Of a stretch of DNA of 64,000 bases, positions 20,209-29,661 are shown in pieces (position 1 is the first letter of the stretch; each line of letters opens with the position of its first letter). This stretch comes from an uncultured Cytophagales bacterium (GTDB taxonomy: Bacteria; Bacteroidota; Bacteroidia; Cytophagales; Thermonemataceae): contig CAZZLW010000081.1 in assembly GCA_964654605.1 (NCBI GenBank), positions 2,939-66,938 of the forward strand, read 5' to 3'. The position numbers were made by a program, and so were the translations under genes. The notes under the pieces were generated by a model. The model had not been told where the DNA came from, made no database searches, and worked only from the letters and a program-made list of their open reading frames with translations.

Positions 20209-22420
20209 TTACCATTTTAGGCGAAGTGTTGTCCAGAAAGTTGTATTTTCCCATCCGGGTGTGCCAGGAGAAACATCGGGTCCTCCTGCGTTGCTATTCA
20301 TTGGATACAAATTGGTATTGTTGGTTAGGTTTTTTGCCTGTAAGTCTAAAGAGATTTTTTCATTGAAATTGTAACCTACTCCTGCATTCAGTACAAAACC
20401 GCCTTGTGCCACTGTACCAGCGGGTGAGTACCAACGTGAATAGTAAATCATATGTACACCCGTGTAAAAATTCTGAAAAGGTAAAGCTACTACACTAAAA
20501 CGCGTAATATTTTCAGGAAATGCCTTGTAGCGTAACCGTTCTTTTTCGTCTGCGGCAAGATACATACTATTGGCATTGATAGCTAAATCTTTCTGTTCGG
20601 TAGTGGCTTCCATTACTTTTACCAATGCATTGCTTAAAGTAATATTTACTTTTTCGTGATTAAAATTGAGTACTGTTTCATTGCCAATTTGAGAAAAAGT
20701 ACCTGGTGTATTTTTGAAAAACCAATAGCCGTTCCAGTCGCCGGGTATATCGGAGCCAATATTAACCATTGCAAAATCATCAGGGTCTTGGTAGAATACG
20801 CCTACATCAATTACATTTTGCACGATATTATAGAAAGTTACGGTATTGAGAGATAGTTTGGGCAAGATATTCCATCTGAAAGCGAGTTCAATATTATTGA
20901 TGCGTTCAGGTGCAATGAGGTCAATGTTGCGAGCATTTGGGATACCTGCCACATCAACAAGCGTATAGTTTTCGGCACGCAAGAAGCCATCTCTGCGGTA
21001 GCCTCCTGAATAATGCAAACCTACTGCTCCACGGAAACCCGCTTGATAAGAAGCTCGTACAGAAAAATTATTGTTCGGTGTAAAGATTACCCCTAAACGA
21101 GGAGAGATATTTTGCCCCCAGAAAGGGTGTTGGTCGTAACGAAATGCGGCGAAAAGGTCTAATTTTTCCGTTGGACTAAAATAATTTTCACCAAAAACAC
21201 TCAATAATGTAATATTTTCTCTATAAGACATCGTAAGGTCTTGGTTAGCCGTAATGGGGTCAAAACTTCCCACTACGTTGGCGATATAATTGTTGCCAGC
21301 TCTATTGGGCAAACCCATCGCAAAAATCCTATACTCAATACCAATAGCAGTTTTGTTGTTCTTCCATATATCTAAATTGAAAACGCTTTTAGCACCATAA
21401 CGCTGTTCGGCTGTTCCCGCCCATTGTAGTTCCTGTGAGTGAATATAAGCCATAGTCATCATTGATAAAAGAAACACTACTTACATTATTTACTTTTTCT
21501 GAAATCTTGAAATTATAGCCCAATGTAAGCGAGAGCAAATCTTGACGAAGCACCTCTCGGTCTCGGTAGAAATTGTAAAGGTCTCGGCGTTGCCCTGTTT
21601 TTAAGATATTGATAACTAAATCATTGATTTGGGTGCTGTTGATGATAGTAGTATTTTGGCTTCTTCTCAATCTGTGTCCCATATCAGCTACTTTACCCCC
21701 AGCAAAGCCTTGATTGCCTTGCTGAGCCGCCCAACCTTCGTTACGAAGAGCTTGTCCGTGATAAGAAAGCCCTGAAATATAAGTATAAGAGCGAATACCT
21801 TTGGTGTTGATTTTGATACCTATGCTTCCATTGTAAAAGTCATTCAATCCTGCTGAGGCTGAAAGTTCATAGCCAGCATTTTCAGCGTCTTTACCATCTT
21901 TGGTAATAATATTGATAACTCCCAGCAAAGCTCCTTGTCCCAAGGTAACAGAGCCAGGTCCCCGTATAACTTCAATTCGTTCAATATATTCTAAATTGGA
22001 GCTATTCAGGATAGCATCGGGCGGACCCCAGAAAAATTCTGTATTCAAGTTCTGTCCGTTGATGAGCATTAGAACTTTGGAATTATTATCAGGAGCCAAA
22101 CCTCTAAAACCTGCGATTAAATCGTCTTGGTCTTCAATAGCAAAATAACCGGGGGCAAAAAGGGTTAAGGCTTCGGAGAGAGTTCTGGCACCACTCAAAC
22201 GAATTTGCTCTTTGGTTATTACGGTTACCGAGGCGGGCTGTTTGTTGATGTCTTTCACAACGTTAGAGGCAATACTTACCTCTTGTGCTTCCTTGACAGG
22301 AATTTTCAGCAGTTCATCAGGAGAAGCTGTAAATAGTTTTACTTTGGAAGAATCTTCTTGTGCATAAACTTCCCGAGCCACCAGCAACAAGAATAGGCAA
22401 ATCCGTAGCAGACTTTTCAT
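20209..22420 (-). pseudogene. TonB-dependent receptor, frameshifted (plug ORF 21389..22420 plus barrel ORF 20209..21477)
   Basis: The two ORFs overlap by 89 nt in different frames. Together they reconstitute a plug plus barrel paralogous to the neighbouring receptor (similar N-termini QxDSSxxKLF). The barrel ORF has no signal peptide or plug of its own. Confidence 0.7.
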
Positions 22421-22562
22421 AAGAGCTTAGACATTAGTGTTCTAATTCAAAAAATTCTTGCAAAAAGATAATAAACTCTAATGAAATTTCCAAAGAAAAT
22501 GAACGAAAAGTTTTTTATACGTTAAGTTTATATGAAGGTTTCTTGATGATTTTTTTGTAAAA

Positions 22563-22588
22563 AACTGATAAGCAAATTTTTGTAAAAT
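22563..22588. repeat. 26-nt intergenic repeat AACTGATAAGCAAATTTTTGTAAAAT
   Basis: 23/26 identical to 8004..8029. Confidence 0.5.
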
Positions 22589-22617
22589 AAAAAGCGATTG
22601 CTATATGGAGCAATCGC
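22584..22617 (-). terminator. rho-independent terminator after crtZ
   Basis: GCGATTGCT/AGCAATCGC hairpin, followed on the minus strand by TTTTTATTTT. Confidence 0.6.
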
Positions 22618-22665
22618 CTTTCTTACTGAAATATTTGATTTTTGGATAAGCGAATTACAGCTTTG

Positions 22666-23142
22666 TTATTCCAGTTCTACTTTTTCGTGTATATCTTTGG
22701 GAGCATATTTTTTGGGGGCGTATAAAAATCCGAAGGCTTCGGCACCTTCTTTGCCCAAATGCTTATGATGAATTTTGTGGGCTCGTATCATTCGGCGTAA
22801 GTAAGGGTTTTTGGCAATAAACTTAATTTTTACCCTTCTATGTACCAATATATCGTGAAAAAGTACGTAAAAAATGCCATAGCCCAAGATGCCAAAACCA
22901 ATCCATTTGAGAAAAGCTACACTTTCAAATTCAAAACCTGCAACAATCGTTGCAATTGAAGGAATACTGAAAACGACTGCAAAAAGGTCATTTTTTTCAA
23001 AAAAGCCTTTATGAGGTTTGTGGTGAGACTCGTGCCAACACCAAAGAAAGCCGTGCATTACGTACTTGTGTGTCGCCCAGGCTACTCCTTCCATCAGAAA
23101 AAAGGTAGCAATCATTAGCAATAGGTTGATAAAAAGTTCCAT
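22666..23142 (-). CDS. crtZ: beta-carotene 3-hydroxylase
   Basis: 158 aa in the fatty acid hydroxylase superfamily. His boxes HESHH, HDILVHRR and HKIHHKH are arranged with TM segments as in CrtZ. Confidence 0.8.
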   Translation of the reverse strand: MELFINLLLMIATFFLMEGVAWATHKYVMHGFLWCWHESHHKPHKGFFEKNDLFAVVFSIPSIATIVAGFEFESVAFLKWIGFGILGYGIFYVLFHDILVHRRVKIKFIAKNPYLRRMIRAHKIHHKHLGKEGAEAFGFLYAPKKYAPKDIHEKVELE

Positions 23143-23155
23143 AGGTACAATATAT

Positions 23156-23689
23156 TTAGTAATGGCTGAAAGTCATAATGGCTTTGTTTTCAGAAATTTT
23201 TTCAATGTGGGTTTGGTTATTGAAATACACATCTAACCCTTTTACAAGAGATATGTACAAATCAAAGAGTTTGCGTTGAGAAATATATTCAACTTCGTAT
23301 TTGTTGGGGGCAAGTTCTTTGTATTCAAAGCGAGGTGGTAGGGCTGTTTCACGTATTTTGCCAAACATTTCGTGAATTTTGGTGAGCTTGAGTACCATAT
23401 CTTTGGTGGTATTTGCACCCATATAGAAGCCTGAATACAATTTAGGGGCGTATTCAGTACACCAATAGATACCAAAGTCATCAAATAGCTGTTGCAAGGA
23501 AATTCCTAATATTTCAGCAGATTTGAAAATGAAATCAATAGTTAATTTTTCATCAATATCTTCTTTGAGTTGGGAAATAAAAGAATGATTTGGTGGCAAA
23601 TTAAAGGTTTTCAGACATTCTTGCCACTTTTCCCTGCCATATTTTTGAATGATGGTTTCTTCAAGGCAATAATGAATAGTACCGTGCAT
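23156..23689 (-). CDS. H-NOX (heme NO/O2-binding, HNOB) domain protein
   Basis: 177 aa, stand-alone. Has an MHGTI N-terminus, a candidate proximal His106 (KIHEMF), Pro118/119 and a Y135-x-S137-x-R139 heme-propionate motif (YISQR), with the spacing seen in characterised H-NOX proteins. Confidence 0.72.
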   Translation of the reverse strand: MHGTIHYCLEETIIQKYGREKWQECLKTFNLPPNHSFISQLKEDIDEKLTIDFIFKSAEILGISLQQLFDDFGIYWCTEYAPKLYSGFYMGANTTKDMVLKLTKIHEMFGKIRETALPPRFEYKELAPNKYEVEYISQRKLFDLYISLVKGLDVYFNNQTHIEKISENKAIMTFSHY

Positions 23690-23793
23690 ACATTTGTTAA
23701 ATTTGTTTGTAACTATTTGTGTTCAAAAGAACAAAAGGTTTTGTAGATGTAAGATTGAAAGTTTAGAAGTTGTAAATTTTTGCGTCTAATTTG

Positions 23794-23810
23794 CTTACTT
23801 CCTGTTTCAT
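23794..23810. repeat. short copy of the GAAACAGGAA element (reverse complement ATGAAACAGGAAGTAAG)
   Basis: Shares ATGAAACAGGAA-TA-G with the copy at 1417..1440. Lies 7-23 nt downstream of the ispH stop. Confidence 0.45.
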
Positions 23811-23816
23811 AAACAT

Positions 23817-24662
23817 TTACAACTTTTCAATCACTTCTTTCACTTGTTCCATTAGCCACATAGGGGTAGAAGTAGCTCCACAAATACCTACGCTTTCGCC
23901 CGCATTGAACCATTCTTTTTTTACTTCTTCGGGGCGAGAAACAAAGTAAGTATTGGGGTTGGTTTGCTTGCAAACTTCGTAAAGCACTTTCCCATTAGAA
24001 GATTTTGTTCCTGCCACAAAAATAATCTTATCAAACAATTTGGCAAAATCTCGCAGTTCGGTATCGCGGTTAGAAACTTGCCTGCAAATGGTGTCGTTGG
24101 CTTCTACTTCTATGCCTTGACTTTCTAATTTTTCTTTGATTTGGTAAAATTTATCGGTACTTTTAGTGGTTTGGCTGTAAAGTGTGATTTTTTGAGGGAG
24201 TTTATCCAGTTCTAGTTCTGCTATGTCTTGAAACACAACGGCTTCGTTATGGGTTTGTCCGAGCAGTCCGATAATTTCGGCGTGTCCGTGCTTGCCATAG
24301 ATATAGATTTTTTCGTCTTTATCGTAAGAGTTCTTGATACGATTTTGCAATTTAAGTACCACAGGGCAAGAGGCATCAATAAGTTCCAAATTGTTATCGA
24401 GGGCAAGTTGGTAGGTAGAAGGAGGCTCGCCGTGGGCTCTGATAAGCACCTTTTCATTTCGTAGCACTTTAAGTGTATCGTGATTGATAATTTTCAAGCC
24501 TTTGGCTTGGAGGCGTTTTACTTCCTCGTCGTTATGCACAATATCGCCAAGGCAATAGAGTTTGCCTTCTTGGTCAAGAATTTCTTCTGCCATTTCAATA
24601 GCATACACAACGCCAAAGCAGAAGCCTGAATGTTTATCAATGGTTACGGAAAGGTTGAGCAT
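23817..24662 (-). CDS. ispH: 4-hydroxy-3-methylbut-2-enyl diphosphate reductase
   Basis: LytB family. The three conserved Fe-S cysteines are present (GFCFGV, ASCPVV, TICRQV). Confidence 0.92.
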   Translation of the reverse strand: MLNLSVTIDKHSGFCFGVVYAIEMAEEILDQEGKLYCLGDIVHNDEEVKRLQAKGLKIINHDTLKVLRNEKVLIRAHGEPPSTYQLALDNNLELIDASCPVVLKLQNRIKNSYDKDEKIYIYGKHGHAEIIGLLGQTHNEAVVFQDIAELELDKLPQKITLYSQTTKSTDKFYQIKEKLESQGIEVEANDTICRQVSNRDTELRDFAKLFDKIIFVAGTKSSNGKVLYEVCKQTNPNTYFVSRPEEVKKEWFNAGESVGICGATSTPMWLMEQVKEVIEKL

Positions 24663-24752
24663 AACACAGCAAAAAATCTTTGCTCAATATACGAAAAAGG
24701 TGGCAAAATTGTTTAGGAAAAATTTACTTTTTTATCCTAAAACTTGCTCAAA

Positions 24753-26639
24753 TTATTCTGCAAGCATATTTTCCCATACTTGCATTTTTTCATCAAGTTC
24801 TTTGCAGGTTTGCTGGTATTTTTCTTGAATTTCTTGCAATAAGGCTATTTGCTCATAAATTTCGGGGCTGGCAAGTTCCTTTTCAAGTCGGGACTTTTCT
24901 GCTTCTAAAATAGTAATTTCTTGCTCAATTTTTTCAATAGCCTTTTGTTGTTTTGGGGTGCTTTTGGAAAGTGGCTGAGAGGTGCTTTTGGTTTTGGAAT
25001 AAGAGGTAGGTTCTTTGAGATTCCCCTGCTCCGATTTCTTGAGCAATTGTTCTTCTTGCCAAATTTCGTACTCATCAAAACTGCCCAAAAACTCCTTGAT
25101 TTGCTCATTTTCAATATACCAAATTTTATTAGCTACTTTGCGAATAAAATTTCTATCGTGAGAAACCACCACAAACGTTCCTTCAAAATTTTTGAGGGCT
25201 TGGGCAAGAATATTTGCCGAAATCATATCCAAGTGGTTGGTAGGCTCGTCCAGTAGCAGAAAATTAGCATCTGAAAGAAGAGTTTTGGCAAGAGCCACTC
25301 GCGATTTTTCCCCACCCGAAAGCACGCGAATTTTCTTGAATACGTCCTCGCCTGAAAATAAAAAACACCCCAAAATGGTTCTTAACTCAACTTCGGTACG
25401 AGTGGTGCCTGTCTGACGAAGTTCGGTAAGTAGGTCATTATTTAGTGAGAGGGCTTCAATTTGATGTTGGGCATAATAAGTGCTTTTTACGTTATGCCCC
25501 CATCTAATTTCTCCTTCGTAGCTTTCAGAACCCTGCAAAATACGCAGAAGGGTAGATTTTCCTTTTCCATTTGCCCCAATAAAGGCAATTTTATCGCCTC
25601 TTTCTATGGCAATAGAGGTATTTTTGAAAATTTGCAAAGAGCCATAACTTTTAGAAAGATTCTTCAGCTCTGCCACTTGTCTGCCCGAATTTTGAGAAAA
25701 AGTAAAACGAAAATGCAATTTTACATTTTCATCTTTTACTTCTTCAATGCGTTCCAAGCGTTCTAGCATTTTTATCCGAGACTGCACTTGGCGAGCCTTG
25801 GTGGCTTTGGCACGAAAGCGATTGATAAAACGCTCTGTTTGGCGTATCATCGCTTGCTGATTTTCGTAGGCATTTTTTTGTATTTCTTCTCTTTCGGCTT
25901 TTTGCTCTAAATAATCGGAATAGTTGCCTACATACACATTAAGTTTCTTATGAGCCACTTCTACAATAGTTTCGCAGGTATTATCCAAAAAATCCCTATC
26001 GTGAGAAACAACGAGGATAGCACCTTCATACTCGGCAAGATACTCTTCCAGCCACTCGATAGAAGGTAAGTCCAAGTGGTTGGTGGGTTCGTCGAGCATC
26101 AGTAAGGCAGGCTTTTGGAGCAGGAGCTTGGCAAGCATTACACGCATACGCCATCCACCCGAAAATTGTTGAAGTGGCTTTTGTAAATCTTCTGTGCGAA
26201 AACCTAAGCCTTCCAAAACTTTTTCTGCTTGCGATTGTAGGTTGTAGCCGTCAAGCATTGCAAACTCTTCTTGCAAAGCACTTAATTTATGTAAAAGAGG
26301 CTCACTATAATTGGTTTCCATTTCCGAAAGAACTTTCTGAATTTGCTCTTGCAGAAAATTTTGTCTTTCAAAAGCCTGCATTGCAACTTTCAGAATAGGT
26401 TCTTGGCTTTGGTATGAAAGTAAATCTTGGTTCAAAAAGCCAATGGTACAATCTTTACTACGGCTTATGGTGCCACTTTCAGGCTGGTATTCGCCTACAA
26501 TCAGACGCAGTAGGGTAGATTTCCCTGTGCCATTTAAGCCAATTAGCCCAATTCTATCTTTGGGCTTTATTTGCAAAGAGGCATTTTCGTAGAGTACCCG
26601 TCCCCCAAAAGCAAAAGAAAGGTTATGAATCGTAAGCAT
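24753..26639 (-). CDS. ABC-F family ATPase
   Basis: Two ABC domains without TM segments (GLNGTGKST, GANGKGKST; signatures FSGGWRMR, LSGGEKSR), an inter-domain linker and a C-terminal coiled coil. Confidence 0.9.
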   Translation of the reverse strand: MLTIHNLSFAFGGRVLYENASLQIKPKDRIGLIGLNGTGKSTLLRLIVGEYQPESGTISRSKDCTIGFLNQDLLSYQSQEPILKVAMQAFERQNFLQEQIQKVLSEMETNYSEPLLHKLSALQEEFAMLDGYNLQSQAEKVLEGLGFRTEDLQKPLQQFSGGWRMRVMLAKLLLQKPALLMLDEPTNHLDLPSIEWLEEYLAEYEGAILVVSHDRDFLDNTCETIVEVAHKKLNVYVGNYSDYLEQKAEREEIQKNAYENQQAMIRQTERFINRFRAKATKARQVQSRIKMLERLERIEEVKDENVKLHFRFTFSQNSGRQVAELKNLSKSYGSLQIFKNTSIAIERGDKIAFIGANGKGKSTLLRILQGSESYEGEIRWGHNVKSTYYAQHQIEALSLNNDLLTELRQTGTTRTEVELRTILGCFLFSGEDVFKKIRVLSGGEKSRVALAKTLLSDANFLLLDEPTNHLDMISANILAQALKNFEGTFVVVSHDRNFIRKVANKIWYIENEQIKEFLGSFDEYEIWQEEQLLKKSEQGNLKEPTSYSKTKSTSQPLSKSTPKQQKAIEKIEQEITILEAEKSRLEKELASPEIYEQIALLQEIQEKYQQTCKELDEKMQVWENMLAE

Positions 26640-26673
26640 AGCATTGGCATTTGAGGGGCAAATTTCGGAAATT

Positions 26674-28848
26674 TTAGAAAACTCCCTTAGAATTTAGAAT
26701 CTTATTTTCTTGCACCACTCGGATTTTGCCTTGGTCATTAAAATAAAAAGAAGTTTCTACTTCTGCTTGGTAGGGTTCTTGTCCGTTGTGTTGCCAGCCA
26801 AATACAAGAGGCACAATTGCCAAATCGCCATATACTTTTACTTGTAGGTGCTCTATTTGGGCAGAGTAATGGATATTTTTGCGGTCTTTGAAAAAATTTT
26901 GAAGATTTTTGATGATATGGTCGGGGCTATGGTCGTAGAGTTTGATGTACAAATGCACTGAATCGGCAAAAAGCAACTTCCAATTTTCCCAGTCTTGCAA
27001 GGCAAGATATTGGCAATAAAGCAAGATACTTTTCCGATAATGCTCAATTTTTGTCAGAATGGGGTTTTGCTTTTCTTCTACAACCAGTACAGGCTCAGCA
27101 AACTGAGTAATTTTCTGCGTACGTTTAGCCACATTCAAGCCTTCTTCAAAGAACCAGAGCATTGCTTGCTCCAATAGCCCTTCGGGAGTGGTTTGAGCAA
27201 GTTTGTCTTTGCCCTTCTGATATGCCTTCGAAAGGGTATTTTCATTTTTTCGGAGAATATTTCGTAGAGCCTCTTGAAAAGGCTTTAGTTCGTAACTCGT
27301 ACGTCTTTGGAAATTATCAATTTCCTTTTTGGCGTTTTTTTCTACTTGGGTAAATTCTTTTTGCTGATAATGCAATATACTCGCCATCAGTTTCAAATCT
27401 ACCCAATAATTGGGATACCTTTTGTCAAAATTGGGTTGTAGGCACAGTTGCTCAATGCTATCCAAACATTTTTTCTGATTTTCTTCATTGTTCTGATAAA
27501 TGCACAGCCGAAAATTGAGCAGGATATTGTTCAATTCAAAACGCCAAAGCAAGTTTGAAATATGTCTTTGTGAAAATATTTTCAAGTTTTCGCTGATTTG
27601 CTTTGCTCTATAATCTAAAATATCGGCTTCCGACCAATCGGGATTAGCTTTGCATTGCTCACTGATTTGGCGATGTTCTAACCCAAAAATCAAATTTTCT
27701 AAAAAATAGCCAAAACTTGTGTAAAGTAAATCTTCGTTGTACTGAAAAAAACGTTTTTCTTTACGGATAAGCTCTAAAATCCGCTGACTTTCTTCAAAAT
27801 CCGCTTTTTTAAGTGTATCAAAAAAATGTCTAATCAGTAGCGTAAGGCTAAACAAATGCCCAACCGGATTAGCTGTAAAACTATCATACTTTTCTTTGTA
27901 AATATCTATCAGGTCTTCAATCGCCTTGATACGCAGGCGAGCCTTTTCGTTTATCTGCAAAAAAATCAATAACAAATTGTAAAATGAAAAGCCGAAAAAG
28001 CCATCTTGGGAGCTATTTTTCCAGTATTCGTACTCAGTTTCTTCTTGAACTTGTTTCAGACGGGAATTTACAAACTCTTTGAAGCTACGATAAATATCTT
28101 CTTCGTAGGCTTCTTTTTGAAGCAGATTGAGCAAATCTTTACGTTTTTGTTGTAAAGTCTCATATTCCTTATCACCAATGCGTTCAAATTCTTGCTTGAT
28201 TTGCTTAAAGTAATGCTCTTCGGTTCGGACAAGGTCAATTTGAGGCTTTTTTTGATAAAAATAGATGCCTGTTTCAAAAAAATCCCTTAAAACGGATTTT
28301 AGCTGTTTGTAGTTGATAAGATGTGGGGTATGAACAATTTTGAAACTGGCAAGCCGCATTTCCAAATCACATACTTTGCCATATAGGTAAGCAATCTTAT
28401 TTTCTTGTACAAGTGCTTTAATTTGCTTAAAGAGCTTTTCAACCAACTGAAAAAGCCTCTCTTCTAAAAGAAACTCCGCTGTCCAGAGCATTTTAAGGGC
28501 TTTTTGGGCATTTAGTTCTTGTTGTAAATTTTCGGGGAGTTTTTCTATCTGTGCTTTGGGAATATGTTCTGTAAGTGAGAAAATACTTTCTTGTAGCTTT
28601 TCTAAAAGTGTTTCGGTGGTGTCATCAACCAAATCAGAAAAGTTTTTGGAAAAATCTTTTTGCTGACTAATTGCTTCAAAGGCTTCGTCAGCGGTTTGAT
28701 TTTGGTTTGTACTTTGGCGAATTTGCTCTAATAGTTTTTGTTGTTTGCTTGCCTTGCCATTGCTGAGTTCAGTCAAATTGCCAAGGATAGAGGCATAATT
28801 TTTTAGAAACTTGCACAAATCGAACAGATTTTCAAAGTTTTGTGTCAT
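26674..28848 (-). CDS. hypothetical 724-aa all-helical protein with a possible NTF2/SnoaL-like C-terminal domain
   Basis: Long uninterrupted ORF with no recognisable catalytic motif. The last ~110 aa (WENWKLLFADSV...YGDLAIV...) resemble an NTF2-like fold. Confidence 0.55.
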   Translation of the reverse strand: MTQNFENLFDLCKFLKNYASILGNLTELSNGKASKQQKLLEQIRQSTNQNQTADEAFEAISQQKDFSKNFSDLVDDTTETLLEKLQESIFSLTEHIPKAQIEKLPENLQQELNAQKALKMLWTAEFLLEERLFQLVEKLFKQIKALVQENKIAYLYGKVCDLEMRLASFKIVHTPHLINYKQLKSVLRDFFETGIYFYQKKPQIDLVRTEEHYFKQIKQEFERIGDKEYETLQQKRKDLLNLLQKEAYEEDIYRSFKEFVNSRLKQVQEETEYEYWKNSSQDGFFGFSFYNLLLIFLQINEKARLRIKAIEDLIDIYKEKYDSFTANPVGHLFSLTLLIRHFFDTLKKADFEESQRILELIRKEKRFFQYNEDLLYTSFGYFLENLIFGLEHRQISEQCKANPDWSEADILDYRAKQISENLKIFSQRHISNLLWRFELNNILLNFRLCIYQNNEENQKKCLDSIEQLCLQPNFDKRYPNYWVDLKLMASILHYQQKEFTQVEKNAKKEIDNFQRRTSYELKPFQEALRNILRKNENTLSKAYQKGKDKLAQTTPEGLLEQAMLWFFEEGLNVAKRTQKITQFAEPVLVVEEKQNPILTKIEHYRKSILLYCQYLALQDWENWKLLFADSVHLYIKLYDHSPDHIIKNLQNFFKDRKNIHYSAQIEHLQVKVYGDLAIVPLVFGWQHNGQEPYQAEVETSFYFNDQGKIRVVQENKILNSKGVF

Positions 28849-28943
28849 AGTGTTATTCTTTTACTTTGTTTTTCAAAGTTTATTTCCTCTTTCAATACTC
28901 TATACGTTGAAATTTTTTTGGCACGCCGCATAGGTTTTGTAAA

Positions 28944-28965
28944 GGTTTAGGCGAAACCCTAAACC
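28944..28965. promoter_or_regulatory. perfect 8-bp inverted repeat GGTTTAGG-N6-CCTAAACC just upstream of ATG 28974
   Basis: Read directly from the sequence. It could be an operator or a 5' UTR hairpin. Confidence 0.35.
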
Positions 28966-28973
28966 CAAAAACT

Positions 28974-29306
28974 ATGCACCCTAAAATCAAAGAAAAAATC
29001 CAAAAGAAAATTTTGGAGAAAGCAGTTCAGCAAGATAAACGTTTTGCTGAAATTCTGCAAGGTAAATCAAAATTTTTTAGGAAGGATTTAGTAAAACTTG
29101 CTGATTTAATTGGCATAGACGAAAACACCATTTTACGATTTTATCACTACGGCTCTTGTAAGCCAACCCACCAACTCCAACCCCATAACGAGCAAGCCAT
29201 CGCCAGATTTTTGGGTTATCAAAGCTACGAAAAGTTATTAGAAATGCTAATGATAGAATTTGTCTTTGAACAAATCTGCTACCTGCTTGGGCAAATCAAC
29301 GCTTAA
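28974..29306 (+). CDS. small HTH-like protein, paralog family member P1
   Basis: 110 aa with an HTH-like segment LVKLADLIGIDENTILRFYHYG. Aligns with the 32558..32911 product over the C-terminal ~75 aa, including a shared FLG...LE..L..E....QI..LL.G pattern. Confidence 0.55.
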   Translation: MHPKIKEKIQKKILEKAVQQDKRFAEILQGKSKFFRKDLVKLADLIGIDENTILRFYHYGSCKPTHQLQPHNEQAIARFLGYQSYEKLLEMLMIEFVFEQICYLLGQINA

Positions 29307-29319
29307 CTAAATTTTCACT

Positions 29320-29661
29320 ATGGGCAAATATTTCATCAGAACCGAGCATTTCAGGCAAAGATGCCAAGAAAGGCAAGTGTCAGAAGTCATTGTAGAAATA
29401 ATCGAGCGTGAGCTTGCTTTAAATGTACATTTTCAACTTCACAAGCAATTTCAAGTAGAGGATAAAATCGTAGTTGTACCACCTTTTTATTGTGCTCATA
29501 ATCCGCACACACCCTATTTGGTAATTGTGAGAAAGGGAAAAGTTTTCGTAACCACCTACTGGGTTTGTGCTGAGAAATTCTTCAAAATCATTCAACAAGA
29601 ACCTCATTTCTACCTAAACCTTGATAATCCCTATGAAAAAAGCCCTTATTATATCGTTTGA
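29320..29661 (+). CDS. DUF4258-like small protein (RelE/ParE-fold toxin-like)
   Basis: 113 aa. N-terminal EHFRQRCQERQVSEVIVEII and later LVIVRKGKVFVTTYW resemble the DUF4258 pattern. Assignment is by motif only. Confidence 0.45.
   Translation: MGKYFIRTEHFRQRCQERQVSEVIVEIIERELALNVHFQLHKQFQVEDKIVVVPPFYCAHNPHTPYLVIVRKGKVFVTTYWVCAEKFFKIIQQEPHFYLNLDNPYEKSPYYIV

Noticed and set aside
20209-22420. Reading the split receptor as two functional genes (a stand-alone plug and a stand-alone barrel).
   Set aside because: The barrel ORF lacks a signal peptide, the ORFs overlap out of frame, and the intact neighbour shows the expected single-chain architecture.
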